NCBI GenBank assembly: GCA_964019335.1
Contig: OZ025728.1
Location: forward strand, 124,001 to 188,000
Origin: Diplonema japonicum
Lineage: Eukaryota; Protista; Euglenozoa: Diplonemea
DNA length: 64,000 nucleotides
Direction: 5' to 3'
Below, piece after piece: positions 59,901 through 64,000 of the stretch. The notes beneath the pieces were generated by a model. That model searched no databases and was not told where the DNA came from. It was given only the letters and a program-made list of their open reading frames with translations. The translations under genes were made by a program, and so were the position numbers. Positions within the stretch are counted from its first letter, which is position 1. Each line of letters begins with the position of its first letter.

Positions 59901-60931
59901 TGGGCTGTCGTCTTTGCATGTGACGAAGATTTGACCTCGAAGACGGTGAGGGCCACCTCCTTCCCGTCCCGTGTGCTCACCTTCACTGCATCCATGTCGC
60001 ATCTCGTGATGTTCTCGAAGCCTTCAAGGTTGGTTGTGTCAACAGAGAAATTCAGAATGTGCACCTCGTCACCTTTCTTGGCACAGTTCTCCATTGTTTG
60101 CAGGAAGTTGCCGGTGTTCACAAGGACCATTTCGCAGACCTGTTCCTCCTTCTGGATTTTGTGAAACAACTCTTCCTCGAAGTCTTTCCCGAACCCTGAA
60201 TACGATGTGTTGTGCTTGGCTTGATGCCCACGCCCCAGGAGCACAGCGACCTTCTCGCATCTGTGATCAGTGAATGCAGCCACGTCCGACACGCTGAGTG
60301 TGTTTCGCTTGGCTTTCCATTTCAGTAGCTGCTGCTGCTCTTCTTCTTCCTCCTCCCAGCTGTCCGGCACAGCACCACTGACTGCGGCGGTTGCAACAAT
60401 GCTGTCCATGCGGTTGTACAGCTCGTCCACCGCACCCTGCCCTCCTCTTCCGTGCCTTGTCAAAACGTAGCTTAGCCGTTCCGTGTCGAGGAGCACAGCG
60501 AGTTTCTTGTGATCCTCAAGGCCTTGCAGAGCTGTCAACAGGGAAGGGGCTACTTGCTTCGGGTAGATAGAAGCCATTCTCACCAACTCTTCGATGTGAG
60601 GGTGACGGTCTGCTTCCCCCTCTGCTTCAGACAAGGTGTCCAGAACCGATTTGATGTACTTCTTGGTTCGGCTGTCTACTGTCGTCCAGTGACCTTGCGC
60701 CGTTGTGTCCTCCGGGTACCACTTCTGGAACATGAACCAGACACTGCTGTCACCCAGAAGGCCAACCAGCTGTTTGTCGTCCTGTATCGCTGCCAGCGCT
60801 TCAAACACAAGACACACGTCGCTCTCTTCATGAGGCCCGACAGAAGCCACATCCACCACGGCGGCAGCCAGGGCTTCGTCCCTCTTGGAAGATGGGACTT
60901 CCTCCAGAAGATTCATCAATCCCTCCGGCAT
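56979..60931 (-). CDS. Cas4/Dna2-like Fe-S PD-(D/E)xK nuclease fused to a UPF1-like SF1 helicase (~1304 aa); exons 60931-57921 and 57882-56979
   Basis: Nuclease: LSVSDV..HRCEK, DMD..FEVKSS..QAAMY, CTKCKFVERC. Helicase: GPPGSGKT, FDVVVVDEASQ, GDPLQL, TIEGCQG, NVCFTRA. A 38-nt intron GTATGG...TCACAG (57920-57883) joins the two ORFs in frame. Confidence 0.85.
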
Positions 60932-62545
60932 TTTGCTGTTATTTAGGTGTTTAACTGTTGTTTAGGGGGCTTTCTTTGGGGACGGATTCCCATGTCTGCT
61001 CCCATTTAGCTTAGACAGCCATGGAAGCCTTCGTTTTTAATGGTGGGGTCTGCTCCCTGAGAGAGCCGCGAGCAGCGAGACGATGTTGGTGTCCCTGGTG
61101 CGGAGGCGTCAAGGGTGGGAGAGTAAGAGGGTGCGAAGACCAAAATAAATAGAAAATGAGATGAGATTGAGAGGGAAAACGGGAGCTCTTATCATTTTAA
61201 CGGGGGGGATCTTATCTTCTTCGTTTCTGTTTTTTTTTGGCAGGGTGTCGAAAAGATCAGAAACCTCTCGATAAAATAAGACTCCTGTGTGCAGGGGAGG
61301 GGGGTGCTCGCTGTTCGAAATAAAGAAATAAAAGTTGTCTCGATTTTAGTGGTGCCATGCAGTATGTGACACAGCGGCCACCCTTGTGAAACTTCGCCCC
61401 GAAGCCTCCCAAGTCCCCTGTGGTCCCGTAGAAAGTAAAAGTGGAGAGGTAAAGAAAGCTTGGAAATTGAAATAGGGAGAGGGGCCACAGAAGCAATTAA
61501 ACACCAACTAGAGAGTTGTGGGAGGCTTGCTTCACTGGCACGATGCCGCGGGGAGGCTACTTGCCTGACCTGGTGAAGCCACCTCCTTGTTCGATGTAAT
61601 GGGATAAGGGACTCTCCGTTGAGGGCGATGCTAACTGGCGCCACGCGTAGGGTGGGCTCTCCACCCCCGTCCAGGTTTCCCCACGTGTACGGCTTTAGAA
61701 CGGGAGTTTCCCTTTCGCTTGTGTTTCTCCAAACCACAATTACCAGGAACCACCACAGGGAGGTTGGAAACATTGGCCCCCTAATAAAAAGAAATTCACA
61801 CTACTCGGTCACTATTCTGCGGTTACTCCTTTTCTTTTGAAAGATGTTTGCCCTCTATACAAAAACCCGTCCCCAAGGGGGTTGCTTGTGTCCTTTATTT
61901 GAGAGCAGCTCTCAGGACCTCTGAAATGATTTCAAGTGCTTCTTCCAACTCCAGCGCCATCTCAGATGAGGGTGGTGTGCGAAATATCAACCGTATACCT
62001 GCCAAGAAATGGCACCAAATGGGCCAAAATCTCGGTCTTTTAATGGTTAAAAATTAACTTTCGATAACTGAGTTTAAAAGCTAAGAAGAGAGAGAAAGAC
62101 AACTATGGTTTAGCTGAAAAGGAAACGTTTTTTTTTATATATTTTGTTCTTTTTTTTCATTCGCAGAGTCGGAAAAAAATCGGAAAACTCTCGATAAAAT
62201 TCCAGCAGCGGGTTTTCACACTGTTCAAAATTCACACAACAGTCATCGTTCTGTCAGGCCCCCCTCCCTTTTTTTTTGGAAGGGAGTTAACCCTTTTATT
62301 CTTTTTTTTTAAAACTAAAGTATTTTTTTTTTTTTTTTTTAAATTCCACTTCCCTTGCGAATCCAGAGGGACTCCAAGCGAACTATTGCCACGTGCAAAA
62401 AGGGCAAGTGGTCTACAGACCCTTAAAGCCACGGTCATCGCCAACGTGCCGAAAAAAAAGAAAAAAAAAGAAGAAAAAAAAAGGCTAAACACGCACGTTG
62501 GTGTGCGCTTCTAAGTTGGTCACGTTTCAGAAGAAGAATCTTAAC

Positions 62546-62644
62546 TGATTTTTGTTTTACAGTAAATAAATTTACTGTAAAACAAAAATCACCGGAAGAT
62601 AAAATGTCCGGAAGCTCTGGCGGTCCGGATATTTTTTCTTCCGG
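62546..62644. repeat. Two adjacent hairpins
   Basis: Perfect 22-bp IR TGATTTTTGTTTTACAGTAAAT-AA-ATTTACTGTAAAACAAAAATCA, followed directly by imperfect CCGGAAGATAAAATGTCCGGA...TCCGGATATTTTTTCTTCCGG. Confidence 0.85.
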
Positions 62645-64000
62645 ACATTTTTTTTTCCCAGGACTCCCTTTTCTTTTTTAAATGGCTGGACCAGAAAACG
62701 GATGAAACTAGTTTCTGTAGCAAGAGAAAAATCAAACGAAAATCAGAGAGAATTGAATTACGGACTTCTCCAAGAACTAAAAGATACCTCAGATCCTGTT
62801 TGCTTCTACCACAAGCTTGTTGAACCGAACCACTCCTTGTGCTTGCTTTAGGGTTGTTCTTGTGCTTTTTATTCTTATTTTCCTAGCTCCCTAAACACAT
62901 TCCAGACGCTTAATCTTTCATTAAACTTACTCTTCATTAACCTTTTCAAAAATGCAACAGGGCACTTTGACTAACTGGGTTGGCAAGCGTACCTTTTTTG
63001 GATGACTCCGGCCATCTCACCCCCAGGGAAGTGCAAGAGATCAACACCTTGGTATGCGTTCTTTTTCTTTCAAAAGAAAATGAGGTTTTTGCCCTCGTAG
63101 CTCGCCGGGCCAGCACTCTTACTTGCGTAAGGTCTTCGTGCTCTTGGTGGCGCTGCCTGATGTTGTGCCATTGCAGCGCTCGAACAGCCAGTCAGTCGCC
63201 ATGGAGTAGTGATCCTTTAAGGCTCTCCTATCTCCATGCCGCGTGTACTGTTGTCGTCTCTCGACGCCCCCCTTCGCCTTCCAGCCTTCCTAGTCAAGCT
63301 TGGCCATGATCCACGTGTTGTCGAGGATGAGGGCGAACCGGACAAACCGCATGTGATCCCCGAGCTCCTCCGCGGTTTTAGGCTCCTCGCCGAGTACGTG
63401 CCTGCATACTCGTATCATGGCTTCTGGAGTCCACTCCCTAACCTTGACAACCTTGGGACCCCTTTTCGTCTTCTTCCCAGCAGCAGCAGCTGGCCCATGT
63501 TCCAGGTCAACCGGCCTGATCCCTGTGAACCTCTTGGTAAACGTTCTTCTTCTTTCAATCGATTGTTATATGTACTTATAAAATATAAAATATAGCGCGC
63601 ATTCGACGACACTGATCAAGCGACTGGCACCTTCCGAAGAAGGGCCTCCCACGTCCGCCGGGTTGAGCAGAGGATGCCCCGGGGCGGCCGTTCCAGTCTG
63701 ATCATGTCGCACTATAATATATGTTCTCATCTCCAAGGAGAGATGAGGTTTTTTGCCCTCGTAGCTCGCCGGGCCAGCACTCTTACTTGCGTAAGGTCTT
63801 CGTGGTTCTTGGGGGGTGGCGCTGTGAACCTCCTGTCTTTGGGGCTGCTAGACTTCCCTATTGTTGGGCGGCGGCTTGTGATGCCATGCTTGGAGCACAG
63901 CTGGTTGGCCCTCTGCATACAGACAGATGTCCGACGCTACCGGCACCCCCTTAGCGAACAATCAGGATCTGGAAAAGTCCGTAATTTTTTTTTTTTTTTT

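Noticed and set aside
13732-60931. Non-standard genetic code or non-canonical introns
   Set aside because: TAA, TAG and TGA all terminate genes, no conserved gene needs read-through, and all introns can be modelled as GT-AG.
55455-62500. Helicase gene flanked by long direct repeats (LTR-like or composite element)
   Set aside because: The shared blocks occur in a different order on the two sides, which fits independent stacked insertions.

Overview
Eukaryotic nuclear DNA. GC-balanced coding islands sit in intergenic DNA saturated with A/T (and G/C) homopolymer runs. Every protein gene I can support lies on the minus strand, like a euglenozoan directional gene cluster; a diplemid-type euglenozoan (diplonemid) source is my inference only. 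Genes: six secreted or surface LVIVD-like beta-propeller proteins (three with shuffled, near-identical WSC cassettes, one type I membrane protein, one running off the left edge and missing from the ORF track); a CTD small phosphatase; ARPC2; a long LYR-motif NDUFA6-like protein; a TM-HAMP-pseudocyclase-MAP3K receptor kinase; two paralogous multi-pass membrane proteins; and a ~1304-aa Cas4/Dna2-like Fe-S nuclease fused to an SF1 helicase, whose two ORFs are joined by a 38-nt intron. I reconstruct nine GT-AG introns: eight of 38-86 nt and one expanded to 1223 nt by a piggyBac. Most consist largely of a homopolymer, and several have poly(A) where a polypyrimidine tract is expected. Mobile DNA includes two piggyBac relics, two LINE families ending in oligo(T) on the sense strand, Helentron-like elements, nested MITEs and SINE-like repeats. 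No tRNA, rRNA or CRISPR array was seen.
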